A DNA stretch of 64,000 nucleotides from Octopus vulgaris (Eukaryota). Every line of letters starts with the position of its first letter. Position 1 is the first letter of the stretch. Made by a program: the position numbers and the translations under genes. The stretch covers positions 6,076,001-6,140,000 of the forward strand of contig OX597820.1 in NCBI GenBank assembly GCA_951406725.2, in the 5' to 3' direction. Below the pieces are notes generated by a model that saw only the letters and a program-made list of their open reading frames with translations, was not told the DNA's origin and searched no databases. This document shows positions 14,431 through 26,889 of the stretch, piece by piece.

Positions 14431-14830
14431 CTGTGGCTGTGTGGTAAGTAGCTTGCTAACCAACCATATGGTTCCGGGTTCAGTCCCACTGCGTGGCATC
14501 TTGGGCAAGTGTCTTCTGCTATAGCCCCGGGCCGACCAATGCCTTGTGAGTGGATTAGGTAGACGGAAACTGAAAGAAGCCTGTCGTATATATGTATATA
14601 TATATGTGTTTGTGTGTCTGTGTTTGTCCCCCTAGCATTGCTTGACAACCGATGCTGGTGTGTTTACGTCCCGGTCACTTAGCGGTTCGGCAAAAAGTGA
14701 CCGATAGAATAAGTACTGGGCTTACTAAGAATAAGTCCCGGGGTTGATTTGCTCGACTAAAGGCGGTGCTCCAGCATGGCCACAGTCAAATGACTGAAAC
14801 AAGTGAAAGAGTAAAAGAGAGTAAAAGAGT
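14431..14830 (+). mobile_element. SINE family B (tRNA head, CORE-like cttgggcaagtg, internal TA/TG microsatellite, LINE-like tail)
   Basis: tggctgtgtggtaag A box, gggttcagtccc B box, tail ggcggtgctccagcatggcc, (agagtaaa)n end. Confidence 0.9.
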
Positions 14831-14861
14831 AAATATATATATATATATATTTTTTTTTTCC

Positions 14862-15690
14862 TTTTTTTTTTCTTTTTTAGTTTCGGCTCAGAGCTGCGGC
14901 CATGCTGATGCACCGCCGTTTTGTGCTACACTGTTATTACTAAGAGCCTCCTCTAATATGTGGCACTTGGTGAAGAATGGAGTTTGATATAGCTACCCTC
15001 ATTTGCACCTCTTGCCGTGAGGTAGGTTCATCTGGGACTCTCGACAGGAAGATGTCCAGCTTTGATTTAAAAACCCCTACATCTACTTTGTGCAAGTTCC
15101 CCAGACTCTTTGGGAGAATATTAGAAAGCTGTGGGCCCTTGAAACCCAAGCTGTTGCAGTATCTAGTCCTGAAGTGTATATATATTACTGCATACCTCTC
15201 CCGTCTTCTCTCCAGGGAGTAGAGTCTTAGCTGTTTCAACCTTTCCCAGTAGCTGAGCTGTTCCAAAGAGACGATCTTCTTTGTGAATCTTCTCTGGATT
15301 GCTTCAAGGTCCGCTGTTACTTTCACACTAGTGGGTGACCATAGCTGTGAGCAGTAATCCAGGAGGCTGAGGACGAATGTCCGCCAGAGGACCATCATGG
15401 TTTCCTTATCTCTGGTTCTGAAAGTTCTTAGGATCCATCCAGCCAGTCGTCTGCACTTTGTCGCCATCCTGGTAATGTGCACGTGGAAAGAGGTATCATC
15501 ACTCATGTCGATACCCAGGTCCCTCACTGACTTAGGCTCTGGGATTGAAATTCCTTGTGGACCGGTGTACCCTGTAAATTTAATATTCACTTTTGGATGC
15601 TGGTAGCGCAGGGCCTGGAATTTTTCGGCATTAAACTGCATATTATTATCCTCAGCCCATCTGTAAATTGAGTCCAACTCCTGCTGCAGG
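14862..15690 (-). mobile_element. CR1-like LINE (host), 3' part of ORF2 plus 3' UTR
   Basis: ORF 14940..15677 with W...N.M.FN.EK, VRDLGI, LDYCSQLWSP, LEAIQRRF, SLERRR motifs; internal deletion; A-rich tail. Confidence 0.92.
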
Positions 15691-16830
15691 TTTTTTAGTT
15701 TAGTTTAGTTTAGTTAATTTGGCTCAAAAGCAAATAGCAAGGCCATGTAGGGGGACATGGAGTTAAGTACAGGGTGGTGTTCATGTAAAGAGTTCAGGCC
15801 ACTTGAGGTCAAGGGAGGCTTTGAACAAAGCGGTCGTCGGCATCTTCACCATCTCGTCTGGCAGCTTGTTCCACAGATCCGCAACCCGGACGGAGAAAGC
15901 TCCTCTCCTTCGATTGAGATGAAATCGTCGCAGGTAGAGCTTTTCGGAATGACCCCGCAGCCGACGCTCTGGAGCAGGAGTGAAGAACAGCTCTTTCGAG
16001 AGGTTACACTTTCCGCTTATGATGTTGTGGGCGAGAATGAGATCACCACGGCGGCGGCGTTTTTCCAGAGAATAAAGGTCGAGCGTCCTCAGCCTTTCTT
16101 CGTAGGACAAATTTTTGAGACCATGAACCATGCGGGTAGCCAGCTTCTGGACTCTTTCGAGATGCTGTATGTTTTTGAGGAGATAAGGAGAAGAGGCTTG
16201 AATCCCATACTCCAATATGGGTCTCACCAGCGTGACATAGAGTGGTAGGAATATGGCTGCTGTGAGCATTCCGAATGACCGTCGAATCAAGAACAGAATT
16301 CCGCGTGCTTTGTTGGCAGCATGGACGCACTGGGCCGAAGGCGAAAAGGAGGAATCCACCAAGATACCCAGGTCCTTTACCTGATCGGTCCTCTCCAGCA
16401 GCAGACGACCCGGCTCGAAATCAAGTTGAGTTGCAGGAGTAGAGCCGACAGGCAGATGACAGCACTTTGACACGTTCAGACACAGGTCCCAATCGTTAGA
16501 CCACTTCCAAATTTGGTGGAGGCATCGACGAAGATCCTCTATATTGCCGCGAGGAGCGACCAGTTTGATATCGTCGGCAAACAGAAGGGTGTGTTGTGTG
16601 AGGTCGTCGGGCAAGTCATTTATGAAGACTAAGAACAACAAGGGCCCAAGCACTGAACCTTGAGGCACGCCACTGCTCGCACTGGAGACGTCGGACCGCG
16701 AACCATTAACTTGGACTTGGAAGGAGCGATCTGAGAGGAAGGCACCAACCCATCGTACAATATCCGGATGGAAACTATATGCTTGAAGCTTGACAAGTAA
16801 TAGGCGGTAATAGGCTTGACAAGTAATAGG
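15691..16830 (-). mobile_element. Younger 5'-truncated CR1-like LINE nested in the host LINE
   Basis: GVPQGSVLGP, FADD, uninterrupted frame to the stop at 15781, (AAACT)n tail. Confidence 0.92.
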
Positions 16831-17625
16831 TGTGCAACATCGTTTCTGCGAGACTTTCGTATCATCTGCATAGCTTGCCAGAGTGGCTATCCGGGCATTT
16901 GAGGGCATATCTGAGAGGGCCACTATAAAAAGCAGTGGTCCCAAGACAGTGCCCTGTGGAACACCGCTCACTATTTGTGTGTTCACAGAGTTGGCTCCAT
17001 TAACCTCTACTGCCTGACTCCTATCTTTCAGGAAGTCATGTAACCACACTCCAAGTTTTCCAGCTATGCCGAGGTCAAGCAGTTTGTGGCATATCATACC
17101 ATGAACCTCCTTGTGAAAAGCTTTTGCAAAATCAAGGTATATTACGTCCACATTTGATTTGTTGAGTAACTGCCTCATCACCTAGTCATAATGTTGTAAG
17201 AGCTGGGTCAGGCAGCTCCTATCTGGTTGAAGCCATCAGCAAGTTATTTTCTTAAAGGGATGCGATTAGTTTCTTTCTGATTATCTGTTCCATGACTTTG
17301 CTGATGTGTGAAGTCAGAGAGATAGGCCTATAGTTTTTGGCATCTGCTCTACTTCTCCCTTTATGTATTGGGCATATTATTCCCTCCTTCAGCTTGCTTG
17401 GCAGTTTGATATTTGTAAGAAAGCTCTGGAAGAGAATCTGGAGGGGTTTTGCCAGGGCATGCTTACACACTTTGAGGAGGATTGATGGGAAACCATCAGG
17501 ACCAGCAGTTGAGTTTGTATCCACTTCATCTATGGCTAGTAGTATATCTTCTTCGCTAATGTCAATGTATCCCATTGTAACTGCCTCGCTGGTTATAGGC
17601 GTTTGCTGTAGAATGGGCAACGCTA
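16831..17625 (-). mobile_element. CR1-like LINE (host), 5' RT part
   Basis: GPDG, NYRPISLTS, RSCLTQL, YLDFAKAF, GVPQGTVLGP, YADD; contains stops and frameshifts. Confidence 0.92.
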
Positions 17626-18530
17626 ATGGCCAGCTGGTAGAAGTAAACCAGCCGATGGATTAAGTCTACCTACGAAGAGCAGGTACAGTTGACTCGACAG
17701 GTTCAATTGACCTGACTGTCTACGTTTACCGAATTTCTTTCACAAGAAGTCGAGGCTATGATGGAAGTCATTAACCATAGTGAGTGGGGAGAATTGATAG
17801 GAAAATAAATCTGAACCACAAAGATAGCTCAGCGCCCTTGGGTACATTGCTGTCCTCTAGTAACCCCTGAAAGACAAGATGAATTGAATTGATGCTCCTC
17901 TAGCAACAGGCACTGGCAAGACTGTGGTTAAGAAGCTCGCTTTATGACTATATGATTTTGGGTTCGGTCCCACGGCACGGCACCGTGGGTTTCTTCTACA
18001 AAAGCTTCAGGTCGATCGATGCTTTTTTAGTGAATTTGGTACATGGAAACTGTGTGGAAGCCCATCGTACATGTGTTTGCGTTCCCTGGGTACCACTTGA
18101 CAACAGCTGTTGGTTTGTCCACGACCCTGTAACCTAGTGGTTCGACAAAAGTGACTGAAAGATTAAGTACCAGACTAAACAAAAAAAATAAAGGCAACAT
18201 AAATACTGGGGTCGTCTTGTTTCCCTAAATCCTTTCAAGGTAGTGCCCCAGCATGGCCGTAGTCCAGTAACTGAAACAACTAAAAGATAAACGATAGAGT
18301 TTGGAATTAAGTTTACAATCTTCAAAACCAAGATGTTGATATTGAATTTCATTATAGCAGCATCACCGCCAACAGTCAGACGAGATACAAAACCGTGTAG
18401 GGCGCTGCGCTATCATTTGTGACCACTTGACAGAGAGCAATCAGTTAAAAGCAGGGAAAATATTTTCCCATCAACTTCAGAGTTTTATACACCCAGTGGT
18501 TGTACCAGGCTTATGTGTACATAAAATGAA

Positions 18531-18584
<54 letters not shown>

Positions 18585-19042
18585 GGGAAGGCAAGTAAAC
18601 GCTATTACCTCCATACAGAAAAAAATGTGTATTTTTATAGCAGAATAGATAAATATTATTTTTTTAAATCTTGTGTCAGTAAAAATAAATAGTTTCATTA
18701 TTATATATACAAAATTATACACCCAAGAATGTGTCTATATAAACATAGATGCAACTGTCTCAAAGTCATGTGCGTTTGAAGTGTATATAGACACAAAAAA
18801 ATATACGCACAGACACACGCATTTATTTACAGACATGCATATGAGTATGTATGGAGGTACATATGTGTATATGTATATACATATATATGTATGTACATAT
18901 ATATGTATGTACATATGTATATATGTATTTCTGTGTGTGTGTGAATGCATGTCTGTTTTATATATTTTTCTATTTTTATTTCACTACTTCTAACCGCTGG
19001 GTCGGGACAGCCAAATAGATATCTTTTCTTATATATAATCAA

Positions 19043-19191
<149 letters not shown>

Positions 19192-19324
19192 TATATATAC
19201 ATATATGTGTGTGTGTGTGTGTACGCACGGCCTGTGTATATATATATATTTATGTTTGTATGTATCTACATATATATATGTGTGTATACATATATATATA
19301 TGTATATATCTATATGTATTTATA

Positions 19325-19362
<38 letters not shown>

Positions 19363-19454
19363 GATGAGTGTATTTTTACCTTGTTAACAATTAACACGGA
19401 AAAATAAATAAATAGTTACCAGGGCAGCAAAAATTGACGAGTTTCGTTTTTTTC

Positions 19455-19540
19455 ACTTTCCCGAGGAGAAGATTGCAATGTTTATACCATTTATTCTTTT
19501 GAATAGTATCAGTGGAATTTTCGAAACACGTGTCGAAAGT
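19455..19540 (+). ncRNA. Type I hammerhead with U4C core change
   Basis: ACTTTC-CCGAGGA-GAAGATT...AATTTTC-GAAAC-ACGT-GTC-GAAAGT; perfect 6-bp stem I. Confidence 0.8.
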
Positions 19541-19627
19541 AAAAATATTTGATTACACCTGCGTTAACTCCATTTTTTATTCATATATATATATATATAT
19601 AGATTCGTTTAGGTATAGCGAGGCCAA

Positions 19628-19698
19628 AGTTCTGTTGAAGCTATAGGTTATCACTCAGAGACTCAATTAAAAGTCAACCGCAGAAACAGCTGTAAGCT
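19628..19698 (+). ncRNA. Degenerate type I hammerhead
   Basis: AGTT-CTGTTGA-...-GAAAC-AGCT-GTA-AGCT inside a (TA)n-flanked cassette at 19601-19735. Confidence 0.6.
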
Positions 19699-20662
19699 GT
19701 TTTTTTATCCTTTCCGGGGTCATCTATTTGTTCCCATATATGTATCTATATAATGGTTTTCCGCCGTTATGGGCAATGAGTATTTAGTCATTCATGCAAG
19801 TGACTGAATATTCCGCAGACGTGTGTACACGTAATACAAATCTCTGGCATGGCATAAACCTCATGACACAGCGTGCCAAGGCTGGTCATTTCAATTTCAA
19901 GTATAGTCCTAACTTTCTAGTTCCTTGACTTGGCTTTGGTCAAACTGAGGCTACAGTAAAAGACCGCTTTGCCACGCAGCGGGATCGAACCCTAGAAGTC
20001 GTGATTGTTACTGATATATATCCGTGTGTGTGTGTGTGTGTGTGAGAGAGCCAACTTTATCATCCATTGTCTCATAATATTTCTATTCCCGTTACCTCTC
20101 TCTTCACAAACCAAATATAACTCGATATACAGAACAGTCACTTATATTTATATTTCGCCTATATATTTTATAGATTAATTAATACTTAAAGCACAAACTT
20201 GTTAAGCCTCTCTCTTTTATAATTAGAACAAGACTATTATAGACCAAAACGTATACCGTCTCCCAAAATAGAATGTATTTCGTGAAAACTTAACGATTCA
20301 ATATCTTTTAAAACGTTTATCTATCTCCAAATTACTGTGTGTATTATTCTTTAAAATCTAAAATTTTATTTCCAACATTAACTTAATCTAGTATAAGTCC
20401 GCTAATTAAAATAATCAAATCTATTGACTTTTCATCGATAAAATATCTCCTTCCACCTTTCTGATTGTCATCGATATTATTGATTCACTCGCCATAAAGC
20501 TCCATGGTACATTGTCACTGAATTGTCTCAAATTCTAATATTAAAACCATTATTTTACATATTTATTGCTGCAATTAAGTGATTTTATTTAATTTTACAT
20601 AGCATCGTATTTTATACACTTGTATATATATTTTATTTTGCATTTGTTTATTTGAAGAACGA

Positions 20663-20705
<43 letters not shown>

Positions 20706-20824
20706 TCGGTTTAAGTAATTGAGATTCAAGTGAATTCTAATGAATTCACATGAATATGCTCCTTAACTAGGATGCACCGGAAATCTATATGGTGTTAACC
20801 ATACGACAAGTGGGGTGATTACAA

Positions 20825-20891
20825 ATAGGAAAAAAGCAACAAGAATGGATTAAAATCTAGAGATTTTAATCCATTCTTGTTGCTTTTTTCC

Positions 20892-20894
<3 letters not shown>
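20825..20894. repeat. Perfect palindrome with 34-bp arms ending a (TA)n-embedded cassette (20705-20894)
   Basis: ataggaaaaaagcaacaagaatggattaaaatct-ag-reverse complement. Confidence 0.95.
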
Positions 20895-20961
<67 letters not shown>

Positions 20962-21458
20962 TATATATATATATATACATATATACAAACATACATACAT
21001 ATTTAAAAGGAAATCGATGCTAACTTATCTGTGGAGTCAATTTCCTTGTTATACACGGGCTTCTTTCAGTTTCCGTCTACCAAATTCACTCATAAGGCTC
21101 TGGTCAGTCCAAGGCTCTAGTAGAAGACACTTGCCCAAGGTACCACGCAGTGGGACTGAACCCGATACCATGTGGTTGTTAAGAAAGCTACATACCACAC
21201 AACCACTCCTGCACCTATAAATTTTATATTGTAATGTTTTTTTGTATACTTATGTCTGTATAAGATAATTATACACCTATGAAAATTACCAATTTTATGC
21301 TTTGACAATTGAAAGGATGTGGTAAGTCCATTCTCATAAATCTAACTCAAACACACCAGAAAGTTTTTACACAGCGTTTTTGAAAATTTATAAGTTACAA
21401 ATTTAAAGTGTGCTTGAGGCGTAGAACTAAATGCCGTATGTTATTGCACTATCTAATC

Positions 21459-21519
21459 CAGTGGTTCCCAACCTGGGGCCGCAAAGGTAGTACTGGGGGT
21501 CCGTGAGCTAAATTCAAAG

Positions 21520-21582
<63 letters not shown>

Positions 21583-21752
21583 ATATTAATTCGAGACAAA
21601 ACCACTATTTTGCAAAACAAACAAGGAAAGACTTAATCAATACATAATTGTCTCGAATTAATATTATATAATATTTTACTATAAAATTGGATTTAATCCT
21701 AAATCTGATTTTTTTCCCTGTAAATTTGGATTTATTCCCTAATATTTATTAT

Positions 21753-21830
<78 letters not shown>

Positions 21831-22006
21831 GTGTGTGTGTGTGTGTGTGTAGTAAACACCAAATTGTAGGTATCGCTGCATGGATAAATCAAAGGTAAAA
21901 AACAACAAATGGAAATCGTCAAAACATAAACGGAGGTACATACACACACATAAGGATAAGGGGTCAATGGGAAAACTCATTTAAATAAAAGGGTTGCGAA
22001 CCAACG
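21459..22006. mobile_element. hAT-type MITE, decayed, with internal microsatellites
   Basis: CAGTGGTTCCCAACCT end and a degenerate aagggttgcgaacca opposite end. Confidence 0.4.
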
Positions 22007-23439
22007 TGAAAAGTGTTGGGAATAACGGATCTACTTAAATACCGCTCATCTTCTTGGGGGTGGGGCGATAATATTAAGCGATGTAGTTGTGTGATCTCTT
22101 TAAGTTCTGAGTTTCTGAGTGATTGATGCGAGTCTGGGTTAATTTCATCACCAGGGTTTGGAATGCCCATTGCAAAATCCTCTCAATGCAAACATTAAAG
22201 GATCATGAGCGATGCTTTTCCCTCAATAAATGAATTAAGGAAATAATCCACAGTTCTAATCCGCCCAAATATTATTTTCTCACCGAGCTATATTAAAATC
22301 TTGAATATTCTTTGATTTCCATGCCCAAGTTTCTGACAACGGATTAACAAGATTTTACATCAGAATATTAGATTGCAATATAATACTTAAATCACTTTTT
22401 AACGATTTATTCCATTTTGTTTATAAATTCAACAAAAAATCCAACAAATTTGAAACCGCTTAGATTCACATTGAGAGTTTAACCGTTAAGAGTTACAAGA
22501 AAATAGATTGGAAACCGGAGGGGATAATTTGAAAATTTCTTCGTTTTTTCTGATTGTATATTTAATATCTATAAAATAATAACTGATAGAAAGTTGGTTG
22601 GTTGATCGGTTGGTATCTTCAGTAACGCTTTACACCAAAAATAGAGAACGGGGAAAGAGAGGCAGTAAAAGGAAAACTTAATATAAGAGGAGCAGGATGT
22701 TTTATAATTTTCTAAAAAAATGCATATTTTTTAAAACGAAATTTTACAGAAATGGATTTTCGACGGAATGGATTGCGATTAATTTGACAGAATTAAAAAA
22801 AAAATAACATATATTAAATACAAATACACAAATAAGAAATTTATTTTCATTTGATTTTAAGGTAATAAATATTATTTGTTTTACAATTATCATTTTCAAA
22901 CTTCTCCATATAAGCACCAAGAAGTTTGATGTAAGCTAAATTATAATTATTGTATATAAGCCATATTTTCTGATATTTCCCTAGAATGGCAAAATTATAC
23001 TTCGAAAGTTCCTCGTTATACGACGGATATCACGTTAGCAGTTATTACAAAACTAAAAGTGAGTGAAAACCGTAGGTCTTAAGGTGTTTATCCAAAGGTA
23101 CTCGGTACTGAGCAACTGCTATGGGTCGAGGGTTTCCACTTTCTAGAAATTCTCGAAACATTTCTAAAATAACCGAACTATATAACTCCACCTTCTTTCC
23201 ATTAGCATTTCATTGATAGTTCAGCCTCAAAATGCTCCAAGAATAAACAACTATAAAGCATGATAGGCTTACATTTATAATTACCTAAAATAAACAGATA
23301 TTATTCAGCCATACACAACACAAGCGCTACATGTTATAATTTAGTATTGAGTTCGCTACTCGAGTCGATATCTGATTTACCGAAAATAACCTTTATAAAT
23401 ACGCACATACTTACATATATATATATACATATATATATC

Positions 23440-23472
<33 letters not shown>

Positions 23473-24152
23473 TTCTATATATTTGTATAGATAATATGTG
23501 TACGTTATATACGTTTACATATATTTAATGAGAGCGTTTGTGTCGTTAGTGTATATAGAGCTATAATTGATATATAATGTGTGTTTCTATCTCACCACCA
23601 TTACCAAGAGAGTTAATTACATAGTAAATAGCTCTATTGCCATTTTCTGTACTCACTCACTTGTACTAGATACACACACATAAATAGAGGCGTTCATACA
23701 TACAAACATGCATATATAGACTCGTACATACATATATATACACACACACTTAACAGTAGCTTCAGCGTTATCATATATGTGTGTGTATGTATACATATAT
23801 GTAATATACATATAATCAGACATATACATTAAAATATATACAAGAATGGTTTTATGATATATGTATGTATGTGTGTGTGTGTGTATACATATATCAGTAC
23901 TTATACAGCTATGGATACATGCATAAATGTAAATGTTTATATACATATGTACGCATGCATACACATAAGTATACACACGCGCACATCTGCGTATATGTAC
24001 ATATGCCTACATGTATATATATATGTGTATATATATGTGTGTGTGTGTATATATGAGCTTTTATGCTTGTGTTTTTCACCAGTAGTGATAAACAAACAAA
24101 ATACACACAACGGTACAGATATGCACACACACAAACACACACACACATATAT

Positions 24153-24203
<51 letters not shown>

Positions 24204-24731
24204 CACAAATATACACAGAGAGAGTGAGAGAAAAAGAGTGTTACATATATATATATATTGTTATAAACACATACATACATACAAGCACACACACACACAC
24301 GCATACATACATACGTATCGGTACATATACATACATTTGCAAGCATGCTTGTGTGACGTGTGTGTGTATGAGAGACGAATACATATTTCATATCTCGACG
24401 CGAGTATATTTGGTTAACACACTTAATAGTTCCATAATGGAGCTGAGCAGAACCTCGTGTCACATGATACCTGGTTATTTGGTGCTTTCCCATACCACTA
24501 ATGTCGCAAGATTTGGCTGCAGCCGGCACCCGGGTGGTTCCAAACACCATGTTGCTATCAAGTGCACACACGAGATAGCTTCATTAACAATATTCTCACC
24601 CCACCTTCTTCTAACTGGTTCCCATTATGGCTTACTTAATCTCTCCATCCTATCAAACTCTTCATATATACGTATTATATATATATACATACAAATATAT
24701 ACGCACACATATGTATGCCTATATACACGAT

Positions 24732-24762
<31 letters not shown>

Positions 24763-24827
24763 ATGTATGTGTATGTATATATTTAAAAAAAGACACACAC
24801 CTATATATATATGCAAATAGATATATA

Positions 24828-24895
<68 letters not shown>

Positions 24896-24963
24896 TATAT
24901 GTGTGTATATGCGTATGTGTATGTATATATCTCAGATAAGACACGCACCTATATATATGAAAA

Positions 24964-25034
<71 letters not shown>

Positions 25035-25038
<4 letters not shown>

Positions 25039-25298
25039 AAATAAGCAACAAGGATATCCAGAGGTAATGCAGTACGATCGTTTCATGCAACTCCATTTAA
25101 TTGAATAATGCAATCATTACATCAATTCAAAATGCAGAGCAGTCTTCAGCTGCACAAAGACATATAATTTAATTAAATTAGAACAGATGGACACTGTATA
25201 ATTATACTTAAAATCTCCAGCAAGTTAAGGAGATATATAAAGTACATGCACTCTTACTCCAGTATAGAAATTACTAAATCTTTGTTGCTTATTTTGAT
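25035..25298 (-). mobile_element. Hammerhead cassette with 20-bp inverted termini
   Basis: atcaaaataagcaacaagga / tctttgttgcttattttgat; terminus shared with the copy ending at 14066. Confidence 0.8.
25068..25154 (-). ncRNA. Type I hammerhead ribozyme, intact core (same family as 13954)
   Basis: TGCAG-CTGAAGA-long stem II-GAAAC-GATC-GTA-CTGCA. Confidence 0.88.
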
Positions 25299-25529
25299 TT
25301 TAATCAGCTTACTTTGAAATTGTAAGGATAATACCGCACTAAATTCTGGTGCCTCAACTTAAGTACCATATTCATCTGAATCTAAATTTTTGCTTATATA
25401 TATATATAAAGCATATTACTCTACCTCTGGTATTTGAATACTCTTTTTTCCACCTTGTTTCACATTTATGTGCTTTCTCCAGTGTATATATATATATATA
25501 TATTTTTTTTTATTTTATTTTATAGAAGG

Positions 25530-25580
25530 AGCTTCTACAGGACTAGAACTGTTTCATTCAAAAGAAATCATCAGGAAGCT
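25530..25580 (-). ncRNA. Type I hammerhead ribozyme (left arm of palindrome)
   Basis: AGCTTC-CTGATGA-TTTCTTTTGAAT-GAAACAG-ttctagtc-CTGTA-GAAGCT; 6-bp stem I, 4-bp stem III. Confidence 0.85.
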
Positions 25581-25622
25581 AGGTGACAAGAATAGTTTTG
25601 GCATTTATACATTTAGGCACCT

Positions 25623-25673
25623 AGCTTCCTGATGATTTCTTTTGAATGAAACAGTTCTAGTCCTGTAGAGGCT
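25623..25673 (+). ncRNA. Type I hammerhead ribozyme (right arm of palindrome)
   Basis: AGCTTC-CTGATGA-...-GAAACAG-ttctagtc-CTGTA-GAGGCT. Confidence 0.85.
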
Positions 25674-25756
25674 CCTTCTATAAAATAAATTAATTTACTC
25701 TGCTATGTATTGAGTACCTTATTTACTGTGGTTAACCCCGACTCAACCCGGGACCT

Positions 25757-25827
<71 letters not shown>

Positions 25828-26134
25828 CTGACGTCTATGTTCATTTTGACTTGCCTATTCATCTGTTTTCATATGATATGCATAGCTGCATGTGTATATA
25901 ATGTATATAGAAGTATTGTGCGTAATTGTTTGAGTATGTGCGTGCGTATGTGAGTGTCAGGGTTATCGAAAGTGAATTTTTATCTCGTGTCTCGAGTTTC
26001 AGACTGCGTCACGAGATAAAAATTCAGTTTCAATAAATGTATACTCTACATCTATTGAGCACTCCTTTTCCATGTATTTGACATGATTCAACTTACGCAT
26101 ACATATACACACACACACACACACACATACATAC

Positions 26135-26178
<44 letters not shown>

Positions 26179-26598
26179 GTATATTTATATATATGTATTT
26201 GCATATATATAGGTGTGTGTCTTATTTTAAATATGTACATACACATACGCATCTATATTTGCGTGTATATAGGCATACATATGTGTGCGTATATATTTGT
26301 ATGTATATATACAATACGTATACATGAAGAGTTTGATAGGATGGAGAGATTAAGTAAGCCATAATGGGACCCAGTTAGTAGAAGGTGGGGTGAGAATGGT
26401 GTTAATGAAGCTGTCTCCTGTATGCACTTGATAGCAACATGGTGTTTGGAACAACGTTTTAAAATTCGCCACGCAAATAATGAAACTGTATTAACGTAGA
26501 TGAACGAATAACAATTTTTGAGGTGATTGCTTATTCTCTAGAATAAATGCATAGAGAAAGTGATTGATTCTAAAATATCTGTCAAAGGAACAGACAAT

Positions 26599-26667
26599 GA
26601 TACCCAATTCTTAATAGAATACAGTCCAAGGAGGTCACCATTCTTAGACATCTCAGTTATTCTTAGG
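26599..26667 (+). pseudogene. Penelope-like reverse transcriptase fragment
   Basis: DTQFLIEYSPRRSPFLDISVILR resembles the PLE RT motif IQFTME....LPFLD. Confidence 0.5.
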
Positions 26668-26889
26668 TACTTTAGCCACGAATATGCCGATTCTAAATCT
26701 GCTTTATAAGTGATATGACACAAAACATACTAGGAAAAACATTCCATTAAAATTCACAAAAATAATTGGCGCAATTGTTTTAAAAAAAAGAAAAATCTCT
26801 AATTAATGATACATTTAAAAAAGTATAATTTAATCATTGAGTTGGTACTTAATTTATTCATATTTATTATTATTACTATTATTATTATT

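Larger units (their letters stand above)
24534..26455. mobile_element. Foldback-like structure with long inverted arms (about 24534-24900 and 26095-26455)
   Basis: ccaaacaccatgttgctatcaagtgc...ctctccatcctatcaaactcttca is repeated inverted at 26325-26455; both arms give the ORF tail EEFDRMERLSKP. Confidence 0.85.
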
